From contig CAVUWV010000024.1 in NCBI GenBank assembly GCA_963745075.1, positions 128,001-192,000 of the forward strand: a DNA stretch of 64,000 nt. Direction: 5' to 3'. Numbering within the stretch: position 1 is the stretch's first letter; the number at the start of each line of letters is the position of its first letter. The position numbers and the translations under genes were made by a program. Origin of the DNA: Candidatus Hydrogenedentota bacterium (GTDB lineage Bacteria > Hydrogenedentota > Hydrogenedentia > Hydrogenedentales > SLHB01). Shown in pieces: positions 20,762-30,867 of this stretch. The notes beneath the pieces are model-generated. The model saw nothing but the letters and a program-made list of their open reading frames with translations, was not told the origin of the DNA and did not search any database.

Positions 20762-21616
20762 ACGGGTCGGATGCAGCGAGTGTAAACGATGCCGCAAACT
20801 TTGTGCGGTCGTCTCTGGGCGAGATGCCTGCGTTCGCCTGTGTTGCCGAACGCGGGGCACTTTCTGCCGGAGTAGTTGCCGGTGAAGGTTCTTCGTGTTG
20901 GCAACTTGACTCCGGCGGACCGGCACACGACAAGGTATACTGTGGCCGCGCCAACGGAGAGCCCCCTTCTTCTCATAATTGAATCACCTCCGTTTCAATC
21001 GACCCGAACCCGCACGTTTGCGGCACGGCTCGCTTCCAAGTGCGGTTGTGAGGCGCTATTCGTTATAACTGCCGCGATACCGCTTACCCGGGATCTTCTA
21101 CCGGGCGAGTTGATGGTGGTCTGCGACCATATCAATCTGCTTGGTGACAGTCCGCTCATCGGGCCCCCTTCGGATGGATCGACCTTCCCATTCTGCGATC
21201 TCACAAACGCCTATGACCCTGCGTTGCAGGATGATGTGGCGCGCGCCGCGGAGGCGGCGTCGCTTGCCGCACATCCCGGGGTCTACGTGGCCAGCCCGCT
21301 GGCTGAACGTCCGGATGCCTCGGCGTTGGAAATCCTGCGCGATTCCGGAGGGCATGCCTGCGGCACCGGACTTGTGCCACATGTGCTCGCGGCCCGCGAC
21401 GCATCGCTGAAGGTTGCTGCACTAAGTTGTTTGACGACTTCTGATTCCGCCATAGTGTCGGGCCCTCCCGCCCGGCTTGACGCCGAAGCATTGGATACGC
21501 GCATCGACCGGTTTTCTCAACTGGTAGGAGGGCTCCTCGGCCAGTGGTCGCGACGCGGCGGGACCAGGAGCCAGCGCCGGTTCGCTACCGCAGAAGATGG
21601 AGATGCAAAGAACTAG
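20758..21616 (+). CDS. Divergent purine nucleoside phosphorylase (PNP-I) family protein, one indel at ~20962
   Basis: PGELMVVCDHINLLGDSPLIGP, F.DLTNAYDPAL, GVYV, LKVAALSCLT. The N-terminal part is in another frame, joined across a C5 run. Confidence 0.6.
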
Positions 21617-21702
21617 TTTTGCAATATATCGTTGTGTATCATAGGAGTGTTCATACGTTCGGGGATTCATAATTTGCATTCATGCCGTCGTAGGAGAATT
21701 CG

Positions 21703-22782
21703 GTGTCAAGTAAAATTATTCGCGGACTCTTTATCATGGCGTGCATCGTTATGGGGGGATTTTGGTCATACTACCTCGTAAACGAGCACAACGAATTGGT
21801 GATTCAGGCACTCGCCCGGGGCGAACCCGGGGCGATGAACCAATTGCCGCAGAGCGTCTCCGTGTGGACCACCCTCGGATGTGTTACCGGCGGTGTCGTC
21901 TCCGCGCTTATCATCTTTATTCTGGCCTTCGTCACCCAAGAGCTGTTCGAGCGCATGTTTCCGGCGCTGGTTGCGATCGTCCTGGCGATGATGGTCGGTT
22001 ATTTCTTAGCCAAATACATTCTCATCTGGTATCCAATATACGACCGCACGGTCGAAGTCTACCTGACAACCTCGTTAGTCCTCGTCTTCGGGTACGTGGG
22101 CATCTGGCTCGGTTTGTCCCGTGCCACCCATTGGGACACGCTCATTCAAGCGGTTTACCGCAGAGAATTCGAGCGCGGAAGCCCGAAACTGGTCGATACC
22201 AGCGTGATTATCGACGGGAGAATTGCTGAAGTCTGTCAAACCGGGTTTGTGGAAGGCACACTAATTATTCCACGATTCGTGTTAAGGGAACTCCAGAATA
22301 TCGCGGATTCCGCCGACGAATTGCGTCGCGTTCGAGGCCGGCGCGGACTGGATATCCTGAAGCAGTTGCAGCAACCGGAAAGCAAAGTCGCCGTCGAGGT
22401 GGTGGAAGACGACCCACCCGGCACGGCTGAAGTCGACGGAAAACTCATTGAACTCGCCCGTCAATTCCAGGCCAAGATTTTGACCAACGACTTGAATCTG
22501 AACAAGGTTGCCCAGATCGATGGGATTGAAGTTTTGAATCTGAACGATCTGGCCAATGCCCTCAAACCCGCCCTGCTTCCCGACGAACAACTGAACGTGA
22601 AAATCGTGAAAGAAGGCAAAGAGGCGCAGCAGGGTGTCGGCTATCTCGACGACGGCACCATGGTCGTGGTGGACGGCGGCCGCGAATTCGTTGGCAAAGA
22701 AGTCATGGCGCTTGTCACCAGCGTGCTTCAGACAACCGCGGGACGTATGATCTTCGGTAAACTGCAGCGCGTCATCGGCTGA
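21703..22782 (+). CDS. yacL: Membrane PIN/TRAM domain protein (YacL family)
   Basis: TM helices, then DTSVIIDGRI, RGRRGLDIL, GKEAQQGVGYLDDGTMVVV; lies upstream of ispD as in the classic operon. Confidence 0.88.
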   Translation: MSSKIIRGLFIMACIVMGGFWSYYLVNEHNELVIQALARGEPGAMNQLPQSVSVWTTLGCVTGGVVSALIIFILAFVTQELFERMFPALVAIVLAMMVGYFLAKYILIWYPIYDRTVEVYLTTSLVLVFGYVGIWLGLSRATHWDTLIQAVYRREFERGSPKLVDTSVIIDGRIAEVCQTGFVEGTLIIPRFVLRELQNIADSADELRRVRGRRGLDILKQLQQPESKVAVEVVEDDPPGTAEVDGKLIELARQFQAKILTNDLNLNKVAQIDGIEVLNLNDLANALKPALLPDEQLNVKIVKEGKEAQQGVGYLDDGTMVVVDGGREFVGKEVMALVTSVLQTTAGRMIFGKLQRVIG

Positions 22783-22795
22783 GCGCGGGGGTTCC

Positions 22796-23488
22796 GTGGA
22801 AAACGTGCAACTCCTGATACCCGCCGCGGGGATGGGGCTTCGGCTCGGCACAGGCGGCCCGAAAGCATTGATCGAATTGGCCGGCACACCACTGCTGGTT
22901 CGTACGTTGTCTCGATTTGAACCCCTGGACCTTGTCGCGCGTGCCGTAATCGTCGGTCCGGCCGAGTGCAAAACCCAATTTCTGGAAGTCCTGACCGCTG
23001 CCTATCCGGGCGTGACGTTCACTTGGACCGATGGCGGCGTCGAGCGTCAGCATTCAGTTATGAACGGTCTGGCCGCGCTGACGGAGGACTGCGAAATTGT
23101 TGTAATACACGACGCCGCCCGCCCCTTCGTGCCGAAACACGCGGTCCGGGACTCCATTGACGCCGCCCGCGAATTCGGCGCCGCTACCGTGGCCATCCCC
23201 GCCATTGATACCGTGCTGGTCGGCGACGCGGACGCCTTTCTCGTGGACACGCCGGACCGCACCCGGCTTTGGGCCTGTCAGACACCGCAGACCTTTCGCG
23301 TGTCTGTCATACGCGACGCCCATCGAAAGGCCAGCCGGGAAGACCACCTCGGCACGGATGACGCCACCCTGGTCCAGCGGACCGGCGGCCGCGTCAAGCT
23401 GGTGAACGGGTCGCCGCTGAACTTCAAGGTGACGACGCCTGAAGACTTCGCGCTCGCCGAACGCGTCATCGAAGGAGGATTGGTGTGA
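22796..23488 (+). CDS. ispD: 2-C-methyl-D-erythritol 4-phosphate cytidylyltransferase
   Basis: PAAGMGLRL, GGVERQHSV, IHDAARPF, QTPQTF, NFKVTTPED. Confidence 0.95.
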   Translation: MENVQLLIPAAGMGLRLGTGGPKALIELAGTPLLVRTLSRFEPLDLVARAVIVGPAECKTQFLEVLTAAYPGVTFTWTDGGVERQHSVMNGLAALTEDCEIVVIHDAARPFVPKHAVRDSIDAAREFGAATVAIPAIDTVLVGDADAFLVDTPDRTRLWACQTPQTFRVSVIRDAHRKASREDHLGTDDATLVQRTGGRVKLVNGSPLNFKVTTPEDFALAERVIEGGLV

Positions 23489-23497
23489 TTCGCAAGA

Positions 23498-23623
23498 GAG
23501 TTAGGGACTGACACCGTCTTTCGCGTCGGACGAACCGTGCTGCAACACGTTGAGCAGATCCAGGATAACGTCGGGACGTCGTGCAAACGTTGGCGCGCGA
23601 AACACGGTGTCTGTCCCTAACTC
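23498..23623. repeat. MITE-like element with 28-bp inverted ends
   Basis: GAGTTAGGGACTGACACCGTCTTTCGCG versus the reverse complement of 23596-23623; 2 mismatches. Confidence 0.75.
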
Positions 23624-23641
23624 GTTGGAGGGAGTGCCTCA

Positions 23642-24121
23642 GTGATACGCATAGGCTTTGGATACGACCTGCATCGGCTTGAAGAAGGTCGTCCCCTCAT
23701 TCTGGGCGGCATCCACGTGCCCTACGAACGAGGTCTCGCCGGCCATTCCGACGCGGATGTCCTCGCCCACGCCATCACCGACGCACTCCTTGGCGCCGCC
23801 GCCCTCGGCAACATCGGTCAACATTTTCCAGACACCGACCCTCGTTACAAAGACGCCGACAGCATGCAACTCCTCCGCAACGTCGTCGGCATGGTCAACG
23901 AACACGGCTACCACATCGTCAACATTGACAGCAACCTCGTCGCCCAACAGCCCAAGCTCAATCCCCACATCGACGCCATCCGCAAGTCCCTCGCCGCCTG
24001 CCTCGGTCTCCCCGTCGACGCCGTCTCCGTCAAAGCCAAGACCAACGAACACGTCGGTCCCGAAGGCCGCGGCGAAGCCATCAGCGCACAGGCCGTCGTT
24101 CTCCTCGGTAAAGACGCGTAA
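23642..24121 (+). CDS. ispF: 2-C-methyl-D-erythritol 2,4-cyclodiphosphate synthase
   Basis: [40 protein letters not shown]. Confidence 0.96.
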   Translation: MIRIGFGYDLHRLEEGRPLILGGIHVPYERGLAGHSDADVLAHAITDALLGAAALGNIGQHFPDTDPRYKDADSMQLLRNVVGMVNEHGYHIVNIDSNLVAQQPKLNPHIDAIRKSLAACLGLPVDAVSVKAKTNEHVGPEGRGEAISAQAVVLLGKDA

Positions 24122-24196
24122 TTAGAATCGCTCGCTCGACCGACATGAACCGTCAAACACCCCCATCGGCAAGTTGCGTGGTGTTTTCGCAAGCAA

Positions 24197-24251
24197 CACT
24201 TCTCACCGTCGCAACTCTGCCTTTCGGATGTCGCCGCGACGGTGAGAAGTG
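24197..24251. repeat. Perfect 16-bp inverted repeat (TGAGAA family)
   Basis: CACTTCTCACCGTCGC ... GCGACGGTGAGAAGTG. Confidence 0.7.
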
Positions 24252-24420
24252 CAAACTATGAATGTACCGAACGCTGTAATGGCAACGTTCTCGAATGCTA
24301 TCGGATGTCGTTCTCCGAAATCCCTATACAACACACGCCGAGCCTGGGACTCGATTGCCGGTCCGCCTTGCTGCCGGGCGTGCTTAGGTTTCCGTGCAAT
24401 ATCTGCTACACAAAGTGGGA

Positions 24421-25599
24421 TCATTTTCCCCCGGGCACACCCTGGCCCGGCTGATACGGATCCTTTTGTTGCTGACTAGGCCCTTCTTGCTCAGGTTGGT
24501 CTTGCTCCGGTTTCGATTCCGGACCCTGGGGCGCCTCCTCCGTGGGGCCGGGAGCCACGTAACCGTATACGTACCAGTAGGGTTCCTGGCCAAACGCGTC
24601 GTGAACCTTTCGGCTGAAATCCTCTTGTTCCAAGGCCCTATAGTCACCCTTGGCTAACATAACTCCGGCAAGGTCCGGTTCCGTCGCGTTCAGAGCTAGA
24701 ACCTTATCGCTAGGTCGAATGTCAATCGCCTCCCAGGGAACGGCCGCGGTATCGGTGAACAAACCTACGGTACCGCCGTACGACACAATGCCGTACACCG
24801 CGCGGCCTTCTCTGGTGTCGATAATTGCGTCTTTCAATTCGCCGATCGACGTATTATCCGAACCCTTGATATCCGTTCCGATAAGCGAACTCAGGCGGCG
24901 CTGCCAATCGGATTTTGCGCCCTCGGCCGGCTGGTTCGTCTCAGGTTGCGGGGTAGCGCCCAATTCCGAAGTTTTCTCACCACGACCGGCGGCGCTGGTC
25001 TTGTGCATACGCGCACCCGATGTGCCACTCATGAACGCGGGATCGGCGCTCTCGGGATAATGATCCGTGTCGATTCCCTTCGCATTCTCGAGACGGTCTT
25101 TGGGAACATTGATATAGAGCGCAACTGCGCCCTGAGAGGAGTCTTGAGATCCCAATCCATCAAACGCGCTGGGTACTTCGAACGCTTCCCACGGCACGGC
25201 AATGAGCTTTTCTCCCACACCCAAAATGCCGCCGTATTCCAAGACCACATATGCGATGCGGTTATCGCCCGGTTCGAGGACAATGTCGCCAACTTCGCCG
25301 ATGTCTTCGCCCTTCGGTGCTGCTTCGTTCTTACCATTGGCGGACTCTTGGGAGGTCTCGCCGCTCGTACCGATGTTGCGGATCGTCATGCCAAGAAGCT
25401 TGTCCGCACTCACGAGCGTTTCGCCCATGCCAGCTCTCTCGTCCCATTTGGATAGGTGAATCTTGGGGCTCTGCGACTACATTGCCGGTGATTGGCCGCC
25501 CTGTGCCTGCAGTTCGCTGCCCTGCGCTTGAGCCATCGATACCGGCGCCAGCATCAAGCAACTCAGCACCACTACTACGAGCCATTTCCCGTTCGTCAT
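24421..25599 (-). pseudogene. Secreted double PRC-barrel protein interrupted by one in-frame TAG (25477-25479)
   Basis: GAGGAGG RBS, signal peptide MTNGKWLVVVVLSCLMLAPVSMAQA, in-frame TAG, then two PRC-barrel repeats (YVVLEYGGILGVGEKLIAVPW; YGIVSYGGTVGLFTDTAAVPW). Confidence 0.7.
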
Positions 25600-25861
25600 T
25601 CCGTCTTCCTCCTCTGTTGGGTTCCCACTTGGAAAGCACGCACGCGGATCGCGACGTGCGGGTGCAAACCACCCATAACGCCTGGAACGGAGCGGAAGCC
25701 GCAAGCGCAGTGCCAATTGCGGAAGGCTATTGGTAACAAAGGGCGTAGGCAAGGGGCGATCGCAGAATTGAATCGGCTGTATCTATTCCATACAGGGATC
25801 GCGTGGGCGATCTATACAAACATGTAGGGAATCGGTACGCACCCGGGACCCTAACGAATCT

Positions 25862-25987
25862 GGACTTCTCACCGTGCCCAAGGTACCGGTCGGCAAGACG
25901 ACAATTTTCGGGGCGTTGAGAAATGCGGACTATCCGAGGACTCGCCTGTGAGAGACAGCTTGTGGTCCGGTGAGAAATGCGGCGCTA
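25862..25987. repeat. Three degenerate TGAGAA-family repeat copies
   Basis: GGACTTCTCACCG (25862), TGAGAAATGCGGACTA (25917), GGTGAGAAATGCGGCGCTA (25969). Confidence 0.55.
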
Positions 25988-26989
25988 AGGCCGCTGATCC
26001 TCAAGATACCTCGCCCAATTCCGCGTCATACCATCAAGCGAACCAAACGCGCGCTCGAAGGACTCGACCGTCGGAAAACGTTGCCCCGTTCGCTCGGTGC
26101 GAAGCGCTTTCAGATACTCGCGCAATTGGAACGGGTAACGGTGCGACATGAAATCGTAGAAACCCCAGGCTTGGGCATAGCGGATTCGAGCGTTACCCAT
26201 GTCTCGAAAATCTACGCGAGTAAACGTGACGAAATCCCGGAGAGATAGAAGTTTTCCCGCGTCGCGCGCCTTCCTGAGGGTCCCCTGCCATTGTTCACCA
26301 CGGCTCGCATCGCCAATGCCGCTGTATTCCAGATTGACCGCCATGCCTTCGGTAATCCACATGGGGTACACCACCTCGCGACGAAGAATCCCCCGGCTGA
26401 AACCGAGGTGGTGAACCGCTTCGTGGGTGACCTTGGCGATCGTGTCTCGCGACTCGAACGTAGCCAACGGAACCGATTGCCCCGTCTCCTGGTCCTCGGA
26501 CGCCGGTTCAAGCGTTGTAGGTCCGATCCCTTCAATATTTTTCTCGGAGTTGCAGCAAAAAGCGACCCGATTCGTCATCGCTGAATAGTAAGCCTCCAGA
26601 GAATAAGGCGCGATACCATCGGCCGCACGAGCGTATGCTACGAAGTCGCTCCGCTCTTGAAAACAGATCCATACCAGCGGAGCGTGAAGGTCATTGCGTG
26701 GCAGTCCGATTTCATCCATGCACGCGTCGAACCGGTCGTATGAGTCTTCGAGCAACCGTCCCAGTTGCTCGGCCCATAAGGCCGACGCGTTATGATAAAT
26801 CGCGAAATGTTTCGTACGCTCCAAGAGCAAGCCTTCTCGATCCACGAGATTCTGCAACGTTGCGTCAGGCTGAGCCGAAACCAGGTCCGGTTCTGACGTG
26901 GCGCCCATTGACGCTTCGTCAGATCCGGCAAGCGCCGCACCAGAAGCAAATACGAACATGAACGATACGTTTAAGAGAATCTTCCACAT
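25985..26989 (-). CDS. Secreted DUF1570-like zincin (HEXXH) protein
   Basis: Signal peptide; HEAVHH...PMWITEGMA; YAQAWGF. Confidence 0.75.
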   Translation of the reverse strand: MWKILLNVSFMFVFASGAALAGSDEASMGATSEPDLVSAQPDATLQNLVDREGLLLERTKHFAIYHNASALWAEQLGRLLEDSYDRFDACMDEIGLPRNDLHAPLVWICFQERSDFVAYARAADGIAPYSLEAYYSAMTNRVAFCCNSEKNIEGIGPTTLEPASEDQETGQSVPLATFESRDTIAKVTHEAVHHLGFSRGILRREVVYPMWITEGMAVNLEYSGIGDASRGEQWQGTLRKARDAGKLLSLRDFVTFTRVDFRDMGNARIRYAQAWGFYDFMSHRYPFQLREYLKALRTERTGQRFPTVESFERAFGSLDGMTRNWARYLEDQRP

Positions 26990-27649
26990 ACCACAATTTG
27001 AGTCCCGCTATGAGAAGTCTGACGATTTCCCCGAGCGTAAGGCCTACCACCTAGGAATTCTTACCCATTCTTCCCTAGGGGATTTTACCAGGCAAGAATC
27101 CCATAATTCAAAAGCTGAACAAATCTCAGTTGCTATGCCAATCGATCTCCTTCACTTGGCATCGTCTTCGATCTTGGCGGACCAACCGTAAAGACTGCAA
27201 TATGTGAATAAAACGAAAGTTGATCCATTTAGCGACGCTGGATAGATGTAGCATCCTCGGAAGAACTCAAACCCAATTCCCGATCGATCACACCAGTCGA
27301 ACCGCGCCGATTTATTGTGAACTAAAAACTTATACAGTGCTGCGATTCTACAACCACGTGTATTCTCGTCCATCAATTCGCGAGCCGTACGGGAAAGGAG
27401 CACGGTCATCTCGCCCGTATCTCAGTTTCAGAAGTGGTCAGAATTCGGTTCCCACGAGCCGACCGAAGTCCCAAAGTCCCCGGATTTCGGCGCACCGATT
27501 TCCAAACGCTGTAGGTCTCGCCGCACAAATACCTTTTCGGCGCCCGCACTTGCGCGAGGTGGTCTTTCGCCTGGTGTCCTCCGCGCCGCGAGAAGAGACG
27601 AAAATGGTTTCCATCGCGTAGAAAGAGAGACGGATCAACGACCCCAATG

Positions 27650-28115
27650 TGCCGACAGCAGGGTCAAACCCGATTGGGCGGAGATTCCGGGTTGGCGGCG
27701 CCATGAGCTGGCGTATCGCGTCGAACACGATCTTGAACTGAGCGTCGTACTTCTTCTCGAGTTCGGAAAGCTTTTCCGCTAAATCGGCGTGAGATGCAAG
27801 CATCTGCCGCAAACGGACGAAGGCGCGCATGATTTCGACATTGACCAAGTCGGCCCGCTTGTTTCGTAGAACGCTCGATAACATGGCAACCCCTTGTTGT
27901 GTAGAGACATACGGAGCGTATTTGCTCGGTCGTCACTTGGAGCATGAAGTCCTCCGGAAACCGGCCAAAGTTCCGTTTGACGGCTTGGGTCAGCACCCAG
28001 ACCTTAACTTCGTACAATGCAGCCAAGTCCGAATCCAGCATGACTTTCTGCCCCGGATAATCCGGATACCGGATTCGATTTGCTCAAGCTCGATGGTCGT
28101 CAGCTCGCCCGCCAC
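27650..28115 (-). pseudogene. ORF6N (KilA-N-like) DNA-binding protein pseudogene
   Basis: [18 protein letters not shown]...QAVKRN..RFPEDFM and [14 protein letters not shown]...IMRAFVRLR...PIGF lie in three frames: a 1-nt loss at ~28051 and an apparent internal deletion at ~27930. The 3' end is approximate. Confidence 0.75.
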
Positions 28116-28295
28116 GGCCGGTGTCCCCCTCACGTCGGTTCGGATTGTTCGGCGATCCTTATCGGGATCCGTACCGCATTATCCCGAAAAACATACATGG
28201 TTTGGGCGCGGCGGGGCAGCTTCACTGAGCCCGGATGGGATATCGAACCAAACGGAGGCTTTCACCTCCAAGTCCCACGTGCTAACTTTACCGCT

Positions 28296-29027
28296 GTGAA
28301 AGAGCGTCTCGACATATTGGTGCAACGGCTGGCAGGCGTATCGCGGTCGCGCGCGCAGGGGATGATCCATACCGGCATGGTGTATTCCAAGGCGGGGGAG
28401 AAGTTGGATAAGCCGGGCCTGCGTTTGCCAGTGGACACGTCACTTGAGATTCGGGAAGAGCCGCGGTTCGTAAGCCGGGGCGGTGAAAAACTGGAAGCCG
28501 CATTCCAGGCCTTTGACCTGGACGTGGAAGGAAAAGTCGCCATCGACGTGGGGGCGTCGACGGGCGGGTTCACGGACTGCCTGCTACAACACGGGGCGGC
28601 GAAGGTTTATGCCGTGGACGTAGGCTACGGTCAATTGGCCTGGAAGCTGCGCCAAGATTCCCGGGTCGTCGTGCTGGAGCGGACCAACATCCGCCACCTG
28701 CACCCGGATGCTCTCGACGAGCCCCCCGCGTTCTTTACGGCGGATTGTTCGTTTATCTCTCTGCGCTTGGTATTGCCTCCGATACACGAACTGTCCGCGC
28801 CCGATGCCGAAGGCGTCGTCTTGGTCAAACCCCAGTTTGAAGCGGGCCGCGAGAGCGTCGGAAAAGGCGGCGTTGTGCGCGACCCGGACGTGCATGAGCG
28901 CGTTCTGGTGGACCTTGAAGCGGCGGCCCAAGAGTTGGGATTCGCGCCGGGGCCTGTGATACCCTCTCCGCTGATCGGACCCGCCGGGAACCGGGAGTTC
29001 CTGATGCGGCTCTCCAAGTCCGCCTAG
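28296..29027 (+). CDS. tlyA: TlyA family rRNA 2'-O-methyltransferase
   Basis: KERLD, FVSRGGEKL, DVGASTGGFTDCLLQ, LVKPQFEAG, GPAGNREF. Confidence 0.93.
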   Translation: MKERLDILVQRLAGVSRSRAQGMIHTGMVYSKAGEKLDKPGLRLPVDTSLEIREEPRFVSRGGEKLEAAFQAFDLDVEGKVAIDVGASTGGFTDCLLQHGAAKVYAVDVGYGQLAWKLRQDSRVVVLERTNIRHLHPDALDEPPAFFTADCSFISLRLVLPPIHELSAPDAEGVVLVKPQFEAGRESVGKGGVVRDPDVHERVLVDLEAAAQELGFAPGPVIPSPLIGPAGNREFLMRLSKSA

Positions 29028-29119
29028 AGCCTGATTTGGAATGGTCCGCTACACATTGTGGCGTTCCCGATCCAGTCGAATTCGTTTGTCTACACACGTT
29101 TCCGTGAGTGCGCCGAACC

Positions 29120-30786
29120 ATGCTTGAGACATTGCGGATCGAGAACTACGCGTTAATCGACTCGCTCGAAGTTGAGTTCCGTTCCGGACTCAACGTCATG
29201 ACGGGGGAGACCGGCGCGGGTAAATCCATTATCGTGGGGGCCTTGAACCTGGTTCTGGGCGCCCGCGCGTCCAATGAGACCGTTCGGTCCGGTGCCAAGC
29301 GAGCGAAAATCGCCGCAGTATTCTCCTTGCCTCGCCTCTCGCGGCGTCTGAAAACGATTCTGCAAGAGCATGAGATCGAACTGGAAGACGGTCTGCTTCA
29401 CCTGTCACGCACCGTCAACACCGACGGCCGGAGCCGCGCCCATGCGGGCGGATCCATCGTCCCCATCTCCGTCTTGTCGCAAATCGGCGACGAACTCGTC
29501 GACCTCCACGGTCAACACGATCACCAGTCCCTCTTGAAAGCCGACCGCCAACTTGAACTGCTCGACGCCTTTGCCGGCGCCGAAGATGCCTGTGCGAACG
29601 TCGGGGAACGGGTTTCGGAATTGCGCCTGCTCCAACAGGAACTGGCCGAACTGGAATCGGACGACCGGGAACGGGCCCGTCGCGTCGAATTCCTGCGCTT
29701 CGAAGTGTCGGAGATAAACGCCGCCGACCTGCAACCGGACGAGGAAGACGAAGTCAAAGCGCGTCGCAACCTCATTACCAACGCGGAGAAAGTGGTCGGA
29801 TTGACGAGCGCTGCCTATGCGACTCTGTATGAAGGCGAGGGACAAACCGCCATCGATGCTATCGACGCCGCGCTGACCGCGCTCGAAGAACTCGCCGAAG
29901 TCGACGAGCAGTTCAAACCCTTGTCCGAGCAGCTTGGCGCTATTCGCGCAACGTTGGATGATTTTTGCTCCGACCTGCGCGGACACACCCAGGAACTCGA
30001 GTTCGACCCACAGGAATTGGAGTCCCTCAATCAGCGCATCAGCCTCATCGGCGGGCTGAAACGGAAATTCGGCGATTCCATTGAAGCAATCCTCGCGTAC
30101 CGGGATCGGGCCGCCCAGGAAATCGAACGATTCGACCAGCGCGACAAAACACTCGCCGAACTCAAGGCACGATGCGATTCGCTCGAAGGCCATGCCCGGG
30201 AAGCCGCACGGGAACTCAGCAAAAAACGCAACACCGCCGCCGCAAAGCTGGACAAAAAAGTGTCAAGCGCGCTTCAGGAACTCGGCATGAAAGGCGGAAC
30301 GTTCCAGACCCGTTTCGACCGGACGGACCTCACGCGCACCGGCGAAGACCGCATCGAGTTTCTCCTGACCGCCAACCCGGGGAGAGCCCGAAACCCCTCC
30401 GGCTAGTCGCGTCCGGCGGCGAGATTTCCCGCGTCATGCTGGGGATCAAGACGGTCTTCGCTACCGCCGACAAGATTCCGACGCTCATATTCGACGAAAT
30501 AGACGCCGGCGTCGGCGGTGCGGTCGCCAATAAGGTCGCTGCGCGCCTGCGCGAGTTGGCCGAGTCCCATCAGACCATCTGCATCACCCATTTGCCTCAA
30601 ATTGCGGCAGCCGCGCACCGCCATTTGCGCGTCGAGAAGTCGACCGCAAAGGGCCGCACCGCCACCCAGGTCGTCGCGGTCGATGCCAACGCTCGCGTGA
30701 ATGAGTTGGCCCGCCTCCTCGATGGATCCCTCTCCGACGTAAGTCTCCAGCACGCCTCCGAGATGTTGAAGACCCACACAGACTAA
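29120..30786 (+). CDS. recN: DNA repair protein RecN (1-nt frameshift in a G run at ~30380)
   Basis: TGETGAGKS, LHGQHDHQ, then ASGGEISR, IFDEIDAG, ITHLPQIAA in the second frame. Confidence 0.92.
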
Positions 30787-30867
30787 TTCGAATCGGCGGC
30801 GCGTGCAATCGTCCTGCCATCCTGCTATGGTTTCTCTTGTTTTGCGAACGAAGGGGGTAGTCATCCG

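Noticed and set aside
23498..23623. Integron attC site
   Set aside because: GTTAG precedes CTAAC, the reverse of the attC order; no integrase or cassette array is present.
25477..25479. Pyrrolysine or genetic-code reassignment of TAG
   Set aside because: TAG terminates other genes here (for example tlyA and the SLT) and no pyl genes are visible.
27152..27409. Short minus-strand ORF in a lower-GC stretch
   Set aside because: No recognisable motif or RBS; it may be a relic but cannot be supported.
30370..30400. Programmed frameshift in recN
   Set aside because: A single missing G in a homopolymer, in a window with many similar indels; more likely a sequencing error.
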